A stretch of 61,320 nt of DNA, the filler included. It is 3 parts of 3 records of this genome, joined end to end, with 100 filler letters (N's around TTAATTAATTAA, not from the genome) between each part and the next. Parts side by side here need not be neighbours in the genome. Positions count along the whole stretch, not along the records: positions 1 to 17,091 come from SRR20825019_722; positions 17,192 to 39,677 come from SRR20825019_725; 1 more part is not named here. One strand, given 5' to 3'. Below are positions 14,084 to 27,085 of this stretch, in pieces. Under the pieces are notes generated by a model, which worked only from the letters and a program-made list of their open reading frames with translations, was not told the origin of the DNA and ran no database searches. Position 1 is the first letter of the stretch; each line of letters begins with the position of its first letter. Position numbers and translations under genes: made by a program.

Positions 14084-16734
14084 TCATCCAGATGTGTTGG
14101 TACTGGCAGCTTCTTGCGCAATCGAAATGATCTCATCCAATGTAGCAAGCACGCCCACCAGTGATTCTGGGAGGTTAAGGTAAGGCCCCAAAAGAATTCA
14201 ATCGAGAGACAGAGCACGTACCTTGCCTCTTCCCAAATGACATATCGGCGATCTCCTTCTTCATTCCTTCTGCCTTCTCCCCAGCCTTAATGACTTGAGC
14301 CGCCAGGGAAACCTCGGCCTCTTTCATTTGGGCAATCGTGGTCTGCAAGGGCAAGGCGACTCCCGGTATGTCAACCACCTCATTCAGCTCATCTTGGTAC
14401 TGTGCAATCTTCCGCTTTACCAGTCGCAACCTGTCATGACTGACCTGAACCTCCTGCATATTCTCCTTAACAGACACTCTCAGAGAGGACATGTATCTCT
14501 CAGATCCTGCCTCCAATATCCGCTCCAGAGTACCCCGGCGAGCCTCGGCTTTCTCCCGTAGGGTTGAGAACGTTGCAGTCAGATACTGCCTCACCTTTTG
14601 CAAGCGGTCATAGTCATCTCGCTGGAGTGCCAATTGCTGCACGACCGCACGCTCGTCCTCAACAAGAGAATTGATTCTATTTGCGTGAATATCATCACTC
14701 GAGAGGGATTCCATGTTCATCAGCTGGCTGGTGTTCTCCTCGATCTTCGCGTTGACCATCCGGAGTTCCGTCTCCAATTCTCCCTTCCTTGCCAGCAAAA
14801 TTCCAGTTTCTTCTTGGAGCTATTAAAGTATATTCAGAAACAATTGTCACAAAGATCCACCTAGCTCATACCTGAGACAGTGTCTGCTGCACCGCTTTGT
14901 ACTCCTCGAGCTTGTTGTGCTCCAGATCCTGTCTCTGCTTCTGCACGTTCATTTTATCTTGAACAAGCTTATCTTGAGAGCGTCCGAGTTTCAAAATGTG
15001 CTCATCAAGGCGCTGAACCGTCCCTGTGTACGCATCCTCAACATCGGAGGGAGAAAGAACAGCACTGAGAAGCTTGGGCATCAGGGATTTCTGCCTTTCG
15101 TATAAGGGCAAAAGCTCATCTGACGGCGAACCTGCAGACAGTTTAGACTCGATGGACTCCTCAAGGTCCATCAGCTCCTTCTCAAAAGCAGAATTCTCGG
15201 AAGTCATCTTTTGGAAATAAGTCATGTTCTCGGCCACAGCGTCTGCTACCACCGCTGAGGTCTCAGGCTTAGCGTATTCCAATCCGTGCGCAATGCTTGT
15301 AACTCCGGCCAAAAGACTAGCTGTGAGATCATTATCGGCGTCCAAAACCCGCGAAGATATCGTCTCGAGAGCCAGACGCTCCCTGTCTGACGCGGCAGGA
15401 TGCGTGACCACACCACGGATCATAGAACGGAATGCTCCTGACGCAATGAATACGTCGATAAACTTGACCTTTTCCCCTGTTTCCTCTGAGGGCCACGTTT
15501 GAGAAGAGGACATCAAATTCAGCCAAGACTCCCAGAGCGTTACACGCGCATCGGATCTACATATACAGACTCGCAATAAGCACGATGCCTTACGGCCGGA
15601 ACTATACAGAATGCTTACCCTTGATGAGCAACCGAAGATGCATACAAAAGATCACGAGAGAGTTCCTCCGCCGTGTTGGGCTTTCCCTTGGTGTGAGGTC
15701 GCTGAGAGCCCGAGTTCTTACCCTTCCTTTTGTTGTCCTGGTGCTGCTTCTCACGATGTGGCTTTTCTTGGGAGTGAGTTTTGTGAAGGGTTCCATGTGT
15801 GGGAGCTGCTGGGCCTGCTTGCGTCGCCATACCAACTGGGTCGAAGCTACCAAAGGTAATCTACACAATATGTCGGAACAGTGCTGGTAATCAAGAATAC
15901 TCCGCAAATACATTATTGCCAGCAGGAAGGGAATAGTCCAGTCCTGTTGAATGCACGCTTGCCTCGAGAGGCACTGCCGAAGCGGTGCCATTGGCCGATA
16001 CATCATTGCCTTTCTTGGGGCTCTTCTTGGACTTCGACACACTCGTTGCCTTCGTGTCATCGCTGCTAGACTTATCTTTCGTGTGCCAGTCTAGGAATGA
16101 TCAGAACATGCAGACAATCCAATGTAGAAGCTCACCATCAGTACAGGTCAACCGGTCCAACAAAGCATTGACGTCGGAAGTATCATATCCTGAGGGTTCG
16201 TGAGCGGGTAACGAGCAAGAGCCAAACTCAATTAACCACCTTTGTCGTCCATTCTTTCAAGAGCTTCCACAACTTTGGTCTCGGTAAAGCCCATAGCCAT
16301 GGCTTGTTCAACTACTGCCTTGTCGAAACGATGATGATGAGGATCCACATGCCTGCACAATAGAATGGTTCAGTACCCAAAGTAAAGAACTGACAGCAAC
16401 ACGATAAATGACCTCTGCGTAGGCGCCAAGTTATCTGCCGCGTGGTCCTAAGGTATCTTTTAAGAAAGTCACACGTGCGACTAAGAGATAACACCCACTA
16501 CCTTTTTCTTGGTGTCGCTATGTGTTGAAGAAACCTTCTTCTTCTCCCGTCTTTTTGCAGACTTCGATTTCTTACCGCTTGGGTCCTTAATAGGCACGGC
16601 CTCTGAAAGGCAAGTGTTAACTTTACTTGGTGGGAACCTAAACAGAAATGACACGTACCACCAAGCAAATCATAAGCGTTAGAAGTTGTGGCGGCTTTGC
16701 GCTCAAGGGCGCTGGCTCTTACGACTCCGTCCAT
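14084..16734 (-). CDS. Hypothetical protein with UBA-like motif and long C-terminal coiled coil, multi-exon
   Basis: VEQAMAMGFTETKVVEALE is UBA-like (MGF). ORFs 14866-15576 and 14175-14798 are heptad-rich and joined by introns. Lys-rich N-terminal exon. Start is tentative. Confidence 0.55.
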
Positions 16735-16869
16735 ATATACGTGAGTAAGAAGAAACTACCTTGTCTTGCCATCTATATTATTGGCGGATTTCGCGCTCGC
16801 ATCCTTCATGCGACCACACCACAAAGCTGCTTCACTTTTTGCTAATACCTTCTGTCTTCGTGCAGACCA

Positions 16870-17091
16870 GCCGCGGGGGCACTCAGCTGTCCGGCGCCGG
16901 CAAGCACTGGCAGCCGCCGGCTCCGGCCAGCAGCTCGTCGGGGCCAACCACGCAAACGTCCGCCGGGCCTCGCGAGGCGCTCGTGGGGGCGCCCGGGGGT
17001 GTCACCGTGATGGAGTCCGGTTTTCGGCGGCGCCCGGCCGGCCCCGCGCGCCGGCGGTCGTGCCTCGTCGCCACTGATCAATACACTCGGC
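16870..17091. promoter_or_regulatory. GC island at the contig end, upstream of the minus-strand gene
   Basis: GC-rich block in which contig 1 terminates. Confidence 0.5.
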
Positions 17092-17191
17092 NNNNNNNNN
17101 NNNNNNNNNNNNNNNNNNNNNNNNNNNNNNNNNNNTTAATTAATTAANNNNNNNNNNNNNNNNNNNNNNNNNNNNNNNNNNNNNNNNNNNN
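17092..17191. other. Artificial contig linker (N44-TTAATTAATTAA-N44, stops in all six frames)
   Basis: Seen directly; identical to the linker at 39678-39777. Confidence 0.97.
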
Positions 17192-17571
17192 CCCCCCCCC
17201 CCCCCCCCCCCCGTCCGCCCCAACCCCAACCCCCAACCCCACCCCCCCGGAGTCTAAGTCTGACTGCGCAAGTCTGCGGGACTGGGCGGTGCGGCGAGCG
17301 GGCGGTCGCAACACCGCGACTGCCGATGCGCCCTCACTCGCCGGTGCGAGGGGGTGCAGTTCAGTGAGGCAACTACGTCACTGAGTCTCCCGTCGTCCGC
17401 ATCACTGACTACCTCCGCCACCCTGCATCAACCAATCGTGGCTAACCACGGTTCATGACTACATCACTGCATGGGGGCCGAGGTCCGTAAGGTCGTCGTT
17501 GCTGACTCTGCTTTTCAATAATAAGCATATGTCTTTCCGCGCTCCAAATCCTTCAGAAGGCCAATACAGCT

Positions 17572-20500
17572 ATGGGAAAGGTTATCGTTGCCACCCTTTG
17601 CTTGGCACTCATAACTTGTGCCTATGGAGACATGATGCGAGTACGTGACAGTGACGACACGGCCGGACTTGCCGAGTCTGAAGTTACCAGCCCTCGGGTT
17701 GATGAACTTTCGGAGCACGAAAAGGAGCTCCTGAAATACGACAGTGAGGATGAACTGCTGGCCAAATACCGCGCGCTCAAAGCGGCCCACCATGAACAGA
17801 ACCCGTCTGATAACGAGACGAGCTCATTGGACCCCAATAAGGTGGACGTCAAGATGCGGCGTTTGGAGGAAGGGCTGGAGAGCATTCGTGCCAACGTGCC
17901 AAGCAAGGATTGTTCAGAGGGGTGCCAAACCGAGACCAAGCCTGCAGAAATCGTGGATAGGGTAGGATCAGCTGACCCGGAAACTGGGACATCTACTAGT
18001 GCGGTCGTGGATGACAGTGACAAGTCGGCAACAACTGGATCTGACGATGGCGCTGGTGTGATTTCTCCGACTGGTGCCGAGGATGATGCGGACGACTCAG
18101 AAGGTTCGAAGTTAGACACCGCTGAACCAGAGAGTGGCAAGTCGTCTGCAGTAACTGCAGTGGTGTCCGCAAGTGAAGACGGGGATGATGTTGCTCATGT
18201 CGACAAGACGCTTGATGACGACAGCGATCATCTTAAGGAGGAGAAGAGCCTTCTGAAACTGAAGGAGCAAACAGTCGCTGAGAAAGACAAAGCGGCGACA
18301 CTGAAGGTGCAGGAAGCTAAGAAATTGCTGAAGAATGCTGAGAAGAAGACGGAAGCTGCTCAAAAAGCGCTTGCTCAAATATCTGCCAAGGATGCGCACA
18401 TGAAAGAGGAGGAGCAAGAGCTAGACAAGAAGATTTCTGAGGCGACCAAAGTCACTACTCTCGAGAAGAAGAAGATTGCAGAGGCCGATGCTTTGAAGGA
18501 GAAGGTGGGGGAAATGGAGACGGAGCTTGAGGCCACTAGCGAGAAATCCAAGGCTGAGAATGAGGAGCGACATGCTGAGGCTGCGCTTGAGCAGCAGAAA
18601 GATGAAAAGAATGTTGCCGCGGCTATGAAGGACGCGCAAAACGTCAAGACCCGCGCCGAGGCTGTTGAAAAGCAAGCCAAGACAGCAGAGGAGAAGGCTG
18701 CGAAAGAGGAAGAGAAGGCCACTGCGGACGAGGAAGAAGCGACAAAAAAGGAACATCAAGCAGAGGAAAAACTTGTCGAAGCCACGACCAAAGAGAAACT
18801 TGCTGACGAAACTAAGTCCGAAGGAGACGAGGAAATGCGTGTGGCGGATGAGAAAAAGAAGGCCGCGTCATCAGCACTTTCCAAAGCCAGCTCCGAGGTG
18901 CAATCAGCCAAAGAAACTGAAAGCAAGGCTGAAAGCGAGAGTGAGCATGCCAAGACCATGGAGGAGAAGGCGGTGAAGAGCGAGGATGCCGCCGAGAAGA
19001 CTGAGAAGGAGGCTGAAAAGCTTGAGGCTGACGCCGAAGATAAGGAAACCAAGGATGAGAAAGAGGAGGAGAAGATTAAGGAGACCCAGGAGCACGTGCA
19101 GGCCGAGGAGGAAGCACTTAAGGAGAAGCAACATAACGCGGAAGAGCAGGCCAATGCTGCGAAGAAGAAGCTTGAAGACCTCAAGAAGGAAGAAAGCAAA
19201 TTGAAGACGGAGGAGAACGAAGTGGAAGAAGAGAAGAAAGCCGTTGAGAAGAAGGAGTCGGAGGTTGCCGAGGAGAAGGTCGAAACCGACAAAAAGAAGG
19301 AGGAGGAGGCCGTGAAGGTGGCTGAAGAGAAAAGGGATGAGGCTGACGAGAAGGAGATGGTTGATAAGAAGGCCGAGGAGATCCTTCAAAAGGAAGAAGA
19401 AGAGAAGGGTAAAGAGACCGAAGAAGTTGCGGCCGGGGATAGCGAGGAAGCGCACGAAGAGACATCTGAAGGTATTCACAACGTCGGTGACAAGAAGGAC
19501 GAAGTTGAAGCCTTGGTCAAGGATGTTGATGAGGAAACAAAAAGCCGCGCTGAAGAGAGAGGGACTAAGCAAAGCCTCAATGACAAGCTCAAGGCCCTCT
19601 TGGCAGCTCGTACCAGTGACGAGAAGAGTGGAGAGACGAAGTCAGATGATACCGAGGTCGCCATCGACGGCGATGCAACAGGCGGTGATAGCGCCACAGG
19701 AGAGGGTAATGCAGGCGATGCACTTGTGGATAGGATCAAGGCCGCCATGGAATCACACCCCAACGGGACAGCGGTGGTGCCTTCAAACGGCACCGAGCCG
19801 ACACAAGTGGATATAGATGCATTCCAGAAAAAGTTCTCTGAAGCGATTAAGGGCATTCAGTCCCACAATGTAAGTTTCATAATCGTGAATATTGACCATA
19901 TCTGATGTCATATGGGCACTCGCAGGATGAACTTGAGATGCCGAGCTCTCATAGCGAAGACATCGAACAGAAGTGCTCGGTCCGCTTGCGCATGACTATT
20001 GAAGCGGCAAAGTATGTCAATGAGGATAAAAAAATCGCTGGATATGTGAGTATCCCGTGGTACTGGTCACTGCTTTCTCTAATGTCTTGATGCAATAGGG
20101 CCCGATGGAAAAGCTTGTAGAGAAGTTGACGCAGGCCCGCACGGACGAGAACAAGGCGAGGGAATTTGTCAATGACGAGATCAAGGAGTATGAGAGAATG
20201 GGAGCCCATGCTGCTATGATCACCAGCATCGGTGTGGACTTGGGAAATATCGTTGCAAGCATTGGGCCATCTTGGATGGAGAAGAACCGCGGCCAGCAAA
20301 ACATCGACCGCCTCAGCGCCGAGGTGGACGCTCTTGTAAAGGAGGCTGAAGAGTCCAAGGTTTCCAATCCGCCCAAGGAAAAGCTTAAGCAAGACCTCAG
20401 TTTTGCACATGAGCCTAACGGGGTCAGTGAGGATGTTAGCGTGCCGGTGGTTGCAAAACTGGAAAGATCTCATGAGGACGAGGTTCCTGTGCAAGAGGAA

Positions 20501-20932
20501 GCGCATACCGCGAAAACTGAAGTGACAGGGGACGACATGCAAGACGACAACACTGCCGTCACGAATGAAGATGGTGCTGTCGAAAGGCCCGCACAGACGG
20601 TCAAGGCTGTTGCCAAACCTTCCTCTGACGACGAGGCGAAAGAGAGCGAGCCTGCCAAGGACGCTGGCGACGACAAGAACAAGAGTGATGATGATAATGA
20701 TGACGACGATGATGCGAAGGATGATGATGACAAGGAAGAGTCCAAGAATGTTGAAAAGGAGGGCGGGGAGAAGGGGTCGAAGCCAATAGATTCCAACGAA
20801 TCCTCCGAGAAGAGTGCCGAAGCCAAGAATGATGAGGAGATCGAAAAGGCGACCGCCATTCCCGCTCAGACTTCCACGGCCAACAGCAATGTCGGGAAAA
20901 TGGATAACAAAGGCTTCTCTCTTAGGTACTAG
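17572..20932 (+). CDS. Large secreted Glu/Lys-rich coiled-coil protein (~1080 aa), 3 exons
   Basis: Signal peptide MGKVIVATLCLALITCAYG and a long E/K/A heptad region. Introns at ~19870-19926 and ~20046-20098 join ORFs 17572-19905, 19905-20090 and 20105-20932. Confidence 0.75.
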
Positions 20933-20989
20933 TTAGGCGCCACAAAATAAAATAAGAAGCAAGCTCGCACATGCGTGTACAATCATGGT

Positions 20990-22682
20990 TTAGTTTTCGA
21001 TCCGCGACGGAGCATTCCCAGCGACTGCGGTGGGCACGTTGGAACGAGGGGCCTCGTGCTCGCCCATCATGCTTTGAAGAAGGCTTGGTGACTCGCAACC
21101 CTGCGAGGCGCCAATATTGGGAAGGTCGGCAGATGCCTCGGAGATTCGGTTTCCAACATTTTGGGGAATGTCCGCGCCATTCTGTTCTACGCCACTCCGC
21201 GTTCGCTCCGCATCCAATACCTGAAGCATTTTCGTCTTGTTCTGGACCTGGGCCAGGAGAGATGGCGTCCAGCCATGCTTCTCTTCAATGTCAGTGCGTG
21301 CGCCCAATGACAACAACAAGCGGATCAGATCCGGCTTCTGGTTCTGGACTGCAAAATGCAGGGCAGTCATGCCGTGAAGGTTCTGAGTGTTAAGATCGGC
21401 ACTACGCAAAGAAGATCAATATCTCCACAAAGCATGATACCACAACGGCTTACTTGAACTCGTGAAGGAGCTCGAGGAAATCGGGCCGATTGGCCACAGC
21501 GGCCACAAGCACGGGGCAGGAGCCCTGGGGGGAGCACGCATTGGGGTCAGCACCGCACTCCAGCAAAAAGCGCGCGGCTTCCATGTGGCCAGCGTTGATG
21601 GCGAGGGACAAAGCAGTCAGGCCCTTCGGACTCTTGACGTTGAGATCTGCCCCATACTCGTGCAATGCAGCTGGCAAGAGATGTCAGCAAGCCCACCTTG
21701 ATATTCTTCTCATACTCACCAATCACATCGGTGTGGCCCTTATGTGCCGCCTCCAGGATAGGATATGATCCCTTCGGGCTCTTCGTGTCCGGATCCTGCC
21801 CGTTCTCCAAAAAGAACGAAGCAACTGACGCATGACCTCCCACTGCAGCATACTGCAAACCACAAACTCCTTCCGCAGACATGGTCAGCGGGTCCAACCC
21901 CTCGTTCACCAATGACTTGATGAACTCCAGTTTCCCTGCATAGGCCGCAGCATGGAGACCACCCACGCGCAACTGCAAAGTGTCTACGTCAGCGCCGCAG
22001 CACACTCGAGTCGTCTATCCATACCTTGGGTGTTGGCGGCATATATGTTGGTGTTGAAGCAGATGTATGCTGAACAGGAGGCACGTATGCCACAGCCCGG
22101 TTACTGTGACAGGAGTCAGCAAAACCTTTCGGAGCAGGCAAGTGTGCAAACTCACTAATTAATAAACAGGAAAACCGCGGACAGGAAAATTAAGAGCACG
22201 CCGAGTGCAGAGACACCAAAGCAAGCATACGAAATGTAGTCAAGCCATTTGTGCTTCATAATGTAAAACGCCACGAATACACCAACGCTCGCGACGATAA
22301 GGAACAAAGCAAATCCAAAGCATGTGAAAAGAATATTACGAAGATTCGTGGGGTCATGCACGTTGGTCTTGCCGCAGTGTTGGCATTTGACCGCTGGAGA
22401 ACTCGTTAGCTACTACAGACCGCATTCGAATCGAGAATACTAACTCGCTTCTGCACCCTTCATCCCCAGGGAGCGGTGGCAGTGCCCGCAGTTGTACATA
22501 TTTCCTTGCCTGTTCTGGTCGTTCAGAAACGGCTCTGTCGGCGTTCCGACCATCCTGGCCCCTGATACCCCTCCAACATAAGGGCTGCCAGACGCGTTGG
22601 GCCGCTGCTCCCTCTGCCCTACAGCACTATTTGCACTCCAGGTGCGTTCGCGGCCACCCGAAGACTGCCCCCCGCCGTCCAT
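20990..22682 (-). CDS. CxxC zinc-ribbon + 2-TM + ankyrin-repeat protein, multi-exon
   Basis: Spliced: YNCGHC...VKCQHCG, two hydrophobic helices, then ankyrin repeats (GLHAAAYAG, GLTALSLAINAGH, GMTALHFAV, GWTPSLLA). Confidence 0.72.
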
Positions 22683-23019
22683 TCAGATAGCCACTTCAGA
22701 CTATTTGGATCACGTGCCTTAATTAAACGAGCTCTACAACGTAATCTAATACACGCGCGTTCATTCTCGAGATGAGGACTCGATGCGTTGAGCATACGCT
22801 CGTTGAGTTGCGTTGACTGCTTCTCCTCAAAAACATTACCATGGTGCGTGTGCGTAAAGAACTTTTTCCCGGTTGGTTTGACACAGCTGCTGGTGCGAAC
22901 CATCCGATCGCCGTTGCCTCAGAAACCCGTGCTGTCAGCAACATGTGCTCCCCCCACGCTCACCTGGGTTGGGTTACGAGTGGCACCGGTCGCCGTGAAC
23001 GCTCCCCGACCGGGCGAGC

Positions 23020-24150
23020 CGGGTGGCGGTGTCGCGACGCCCGGACCTGCTCGCGCCACGACCGTCGACTCGCGGGCTCCTTGTGCTTACTGGCGAACGC
23101 GAGCTCGTCCATGGCCGCCCGCGGCCCGGGCCACGGTGGTGGTGATGCGGGCCGGTGGCCGCCGGGCCGCCGCGCGCCCGGCCGCGGCCGGCCGGGCACG
23201 CGGCACGCCCGCCCCAGCCCGCGGCGCGGCGTGCTCCGCGCCTTGGCTGTAACTGTCGTTCAGGTGTGACCACCTCCGCAGTGAGACCTCCAACCCAGAA
23301 TGCTCCAGTCAGCCGCCGGCCGCCCAGGTTCAGTTTTTCGAGTCACTCACTCGACTCCTCATCGGGCGCCACGGGGCCTCCTCACGGTCATGATACTCAG
23401 ATGAGACGGCGCCCTGGGGCTCAGGGGCCAACTCAGGGACGGTTCCCGCACGCACTCGGGGCTCCTGAGTGGCGGTGCCAACCTGACCTCGAGACAGGCT
23501 CTGGCATGCCTCATTAATTAATTTGTGCACTTGAAGCGTCGCCCGTTCTGACAAACACACACGAAACGTTCAACGTTCAGTGTGATAACCCTTGTGAGTG
23601 TGGTGTGCCCACACCACCAATAATCGAACCCAAACCAAAAATCGATTTGCTTGAATTCTCCGGGCCTATCCTCGGGTATAGTTAGAGGGTAGGCACGTTG
23701 TCGACTGGGTCTCAAAGCGTCACCACCAGCCCGACGATCCCACTGCATGATGGGGGGTGCCCGCCACCTCTCAGTGGGCCGGTACACGGTACTCAGTAGT
23801 GAGTGTAATCACTGCCACGCCCATCCTGCACAGCCCGAGCCCGTCACTGTCCCCAGCCACCTCCGGCCGGTTCCTCTCAGTGCGACTCAGTGTGCCGGGT
23901 AGAGGCTGGACCCAGCTGCGAACAGTCTGGGTTGAGCCCCAGCCCCAGCCGAAGTCACCGGGGCCCCCGGGACGACCCGCGTCGCGGTCACGTCGGTCTC
24001 GGTCCAGCAGCCCAGCCGGCTCCACGGGACGTGCGCCTGACTGACGGCATCGGGCGGTGCCCTCCGAAGCTGGCCGGGGCCCGCCCGGCCGCCCGCAGAC
24101 CCGCCAGGGCCCGCCGGGCCCATGACGCCGGGCTCAGGGCCCCCTCCCCG
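23020..24150. promoter_or_regulatory. Two GC islands (23020-23250, 23900-24150) in the longest divergent intergenic region
   Basis: 41-nt pure G/C run at 23157-23197; between ATGs at 22682(-) and 24455(+). Confidence 0.5.
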
Positions 24151-24454
24151 GATCAGTGATGATTTCCTCGCGGTCGCAAGAAGTCACTACCCATGAGTGC
24201 CCGTGGCTGTGGACCAGGCCACTGGCGAGAGAGCTCCTGACGACCGCCCTCGTCAGTGCGTGAGCGCTGCAGGGTTTCGTCGTCGCTCACAGAGTCATTC
24301 TTCCCGGGCAAGAACCGGCTCCGCCCGGCAGCCGGGATCACGCCTTGCAAACTAACTGATGAGCCTGAACACAAGACTCCTCGGAACTTCGCCTTCACTG
24401 ACCAGCATATATGTTGCACAATTTCGAATATAATTTATTAATATACTAAAGAAA

Positions 24455-25486
24455 ATGGGCAAGGGTAGCGCTAACATCTGTGACTCTATCTTCGATGAAA
24501 TGGCTCAGCGCCTCAAGGACGATCCCAAGGAGGCCGAGAACATCGTGAAGAAGGCCAAGGCCGCCTTCCAGTTCAAGGTTCCCGGCGTTGGTGACTACTG
24601 GGCCAACCTCAAGAAGGGTACCGGCGAGATTGGCAAGGGCAAGGTGTGTGTGAGCCACTCTGGTTTGATTCGCAATATTCACTATCGTTGTTTTGATTAG
24701 TGCCCCGTCAAGGCCGATGTGACCATCACTGTCGACGAGGCCAACCTTGTTTCCCTCATTGAGGGTAAGCTTACACCCCAGGTAAGCTCTAAAAGTCGTT
24801 TGTGTGGACGATTGCTGATCTCACTCGAATAGACTGCTTTCATGCAGGGCAAGATCAAGCTTCAGGGCAACATCATGAAGGCCCAGAAGATGGAGGGTCT
24901 CTTGAAGGCTCGCCGTGACGCTGGTGAGACCCTGAAGTCTGTGCCCGGTGAGTGAAACTGTGTACGTGTGCTGAGGGTGTGCAGTGCTGATGACCGCTTG
25001 CAGGAATGAAGGCCCCCGCTGCCTCCGCTGCCTCTGCCAGCTCTGTTGTCGAGAACGTGTTCGCCGAGCTGACTAAGCAGCTTGCCGCCGACCCCTCAGC
25101 TGTCAAGAAGGTTTGTGGCGACACTAGTCAACCATGCGTATGCGCTGATAGATGTGGGATCTTTCAGGCCCAGAGTGTCTTCTGCTTCTCCATCAAGGAT
25201 GTTGGAGACTGGACTGTGGACTTGAAGAATGGCGCTGGAAAGATCGAGAAGGGCAAGCCGGCTAAGGCTGACTGCACCCTCATCCTCTCTGAGCCCGACT
25301 TCATGGCACTCATGGGTGGCAAGCTTAACGCCCAGACCGCATTCATGCAGGTAAGATTATTGCTCTCATGCCGTCCCTACCCTGTTTGTTCACGAATCTC
25401 TCTCCCAGGGTAAGTTGAAGATCAAGGGTAACATGATGAAGGCCCAGAAGCTCGAAGTCCTCATGAAGCCCAAGGCTAAGATGTAA
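24455..25486 (+). CDS. Tandem SCP2 sterol/lipid-binding domain protein with peroxisomal PTS1 (-AKM), 6 exons
   Basis: Two repeats of W.(A/V).LK.G.G.I.KG...KAD.T....E..L..L..GKL..QTAFMQGK.K..GN.MKAQK. Exons 24455-24643, 24701-24781, 24833-24947, 25004-25110, 25168-25350 and 25409-25486. Confidence 0.9.
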
Positions 25487-25685
25487 ATAAACCTGTACCC
25501 GTTTCAAGCCCTAACTAGAACTGCAAGGCACGCTGAATCCTTTGACGAAGCATTTACAAAACAAAATACAACTGCCAGCGTCAGTATCACTGTGCAGCAA
25601 GTTACGCTTCGATCTCTATGTTTGTGCATCCCATCCCTTAAGAAACTCCACCGTGGGCTGACCCTACCGTGGAAACTAGTATTGC

Positions 25686-26217
25686 TTATTTTGAATCCTG
25701 TTGAGCCAAGAATGCGTGCGCGACAACTGCAAAAGTCTACCGTTAGCGGTCCACACCACAACCTGGCCCTTCATGGCACGTACCAGCCGTAATAAAACCA
25801 AGCATAAGAAGAAGAATGACCAGAGAGAACAAAGCGACAGAGACCTTGCCATACACAGCCGCATTCGGGCTACAGAGAATAACAAGTCAGAATACCAACT
25901 GCTGCATGGGGCACCCTTGGAACATACCTCGGAGAGTTCCAGAAACAGAAACCAACCATCCAAATACAAGGGCACGGGAAGCCAAGAATAATGGTGAGGA
26001 GAGAGATCAAGTCCTCCTTGTTATTCTTCTGGAAAATTGGGTTCAACTTGGGCATCTCATCCCTACGCTCAGTGTGAGACAATATCACTGCATCCAACCC
26101 ATGTAAATCGTACTTCACAACCGACTGTGGAGTCGGGTAGTTGAGGTTCTCAGCCCGAGCATTGGCGGACCCCTCGTTCCGCACCAGAGGTGTTGTCTCC
26201 TTCTCGTCCGTTCCCAT
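25686..26217 (-). CDS. Small two-TM membrane protein, 3 exons, unknown function
   Basis: Spliced: MGTDEKETTPLV...LLTIILGFPCPCIWMVGFCFWNSPS|PNAAVYGKVSVALFSLVILLLMLGFITA|VVAHAFLAQQDSK*. ETTPLV resembles an acidic dileucine sorting motif. Confidence 0.6.
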
Positions 26218-26359
26218 CTCCTACAGCAAAGAGCGAAGCAAGCACACCATTACAGGACTACGAATACCTTTATATATGTGGTGAGAATAGCCACCATCAA
26301 CTCATCCCGGAGGTTCGGTGCGCGCTGCTGTCACAACAGCTGATGTGTTCTCCGCGCTT

Positions 26360-26720
26360 TGACTCCGCCCACGCCCGGGCGGCTGCCGGGTCGGGCGCGG
26401 TCCGGCTTCGGTTGTGGGCGGTGACAGGTCACACCCCTGACCGGCCACCCGGCCGCCGCCGTAGAGGCCCGAAAGTGCGCGTGCACGACCCGGATCCGTA
26501 AGCCAACCCGCCGCGGACCGGGCCAGGGAGGCTCGCCGGCCGAGACAGCCCAGGGCCGTAGTCCAGTTCCTGACTCAGGCCCTAGCCCAAACAGGAACCG
26601 CCGGGAGGGCCCAACTTGAGTCCGGGTGCTGGGCCGGTTGACTCGGAGCCCCCGGCCGCGGGCGGCCGGCCCGGGCGCGGTGCCCTGGGGACCGCGGGGC
26701 GGCCCGGTGACTCGAGATGC
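26360..26720. promoter_or_regulatory. GC island upstream of the small TM gene
   Basis: GC-rich block with TATA-like tracts on both sides (TTTATATAT ~26269, TATAAAAG ~26755). Confidence 0.5.
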
Positions 26721-27085
26721 ACCCTACGCCAACCGTTAAATCAGAATTCATCGCTATAAAAGGAGTGAAACGGAACTTCGGAAATTGCAATTCCGTTATT
26801 ATTGCTAATTTCAAGTGACCGCAAACTCCACTCTGGGACGCTAGCCCGAATCGTCGTCAGCACTGGCCCGTCGTCCCTTCAGCAGTCGGTTCGCCATCAG
26901 GAGCCCCGACACATCATTACCACTGCGGCACGTTACTGTCAGCAAGGGACAAGCAGGGATGATTCGGCCTTCTCCCATGAGTCCTGTCGTGAGCGAATGA
27001 GTCATGGGCACATGGGCCCTCCAGCGACCCCATCCAACGAAATCCAACGCGCAAACTTTCTAACACATGATTTATTCGGGAAAAA

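Noticed and set aside
17192-17250. Telomere-like CCCCAA repeats at the contig start
   Set aside because: Only 2-3 imperfect units after a poly-C run; better explained as a low-complexity GC-island edge where the assembly broke
18200-19600. CRISPR array or tandem repeat in the GAG/AAG-rich stretch
   Set aside because: Low-complexity E/K coding sequence; no constant repeat-spacer pattern, cas genes or transposases were seen in the window
22155-22157. In-frame stops in eukaryotic ORFs suggesting pseudogenes or a recoded genetic code
   Set aside because: In the genes I traced, stops fall in or at GT-AG introns and the spliced frames are open
26797-26811. U4-like ATTATTGCTAATT, and Alu/SRP-like CCGGGCGCGGTG at ~26671
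   Set aside because: Flanking U4 and SRP elements are absent; short matches are expected by chance
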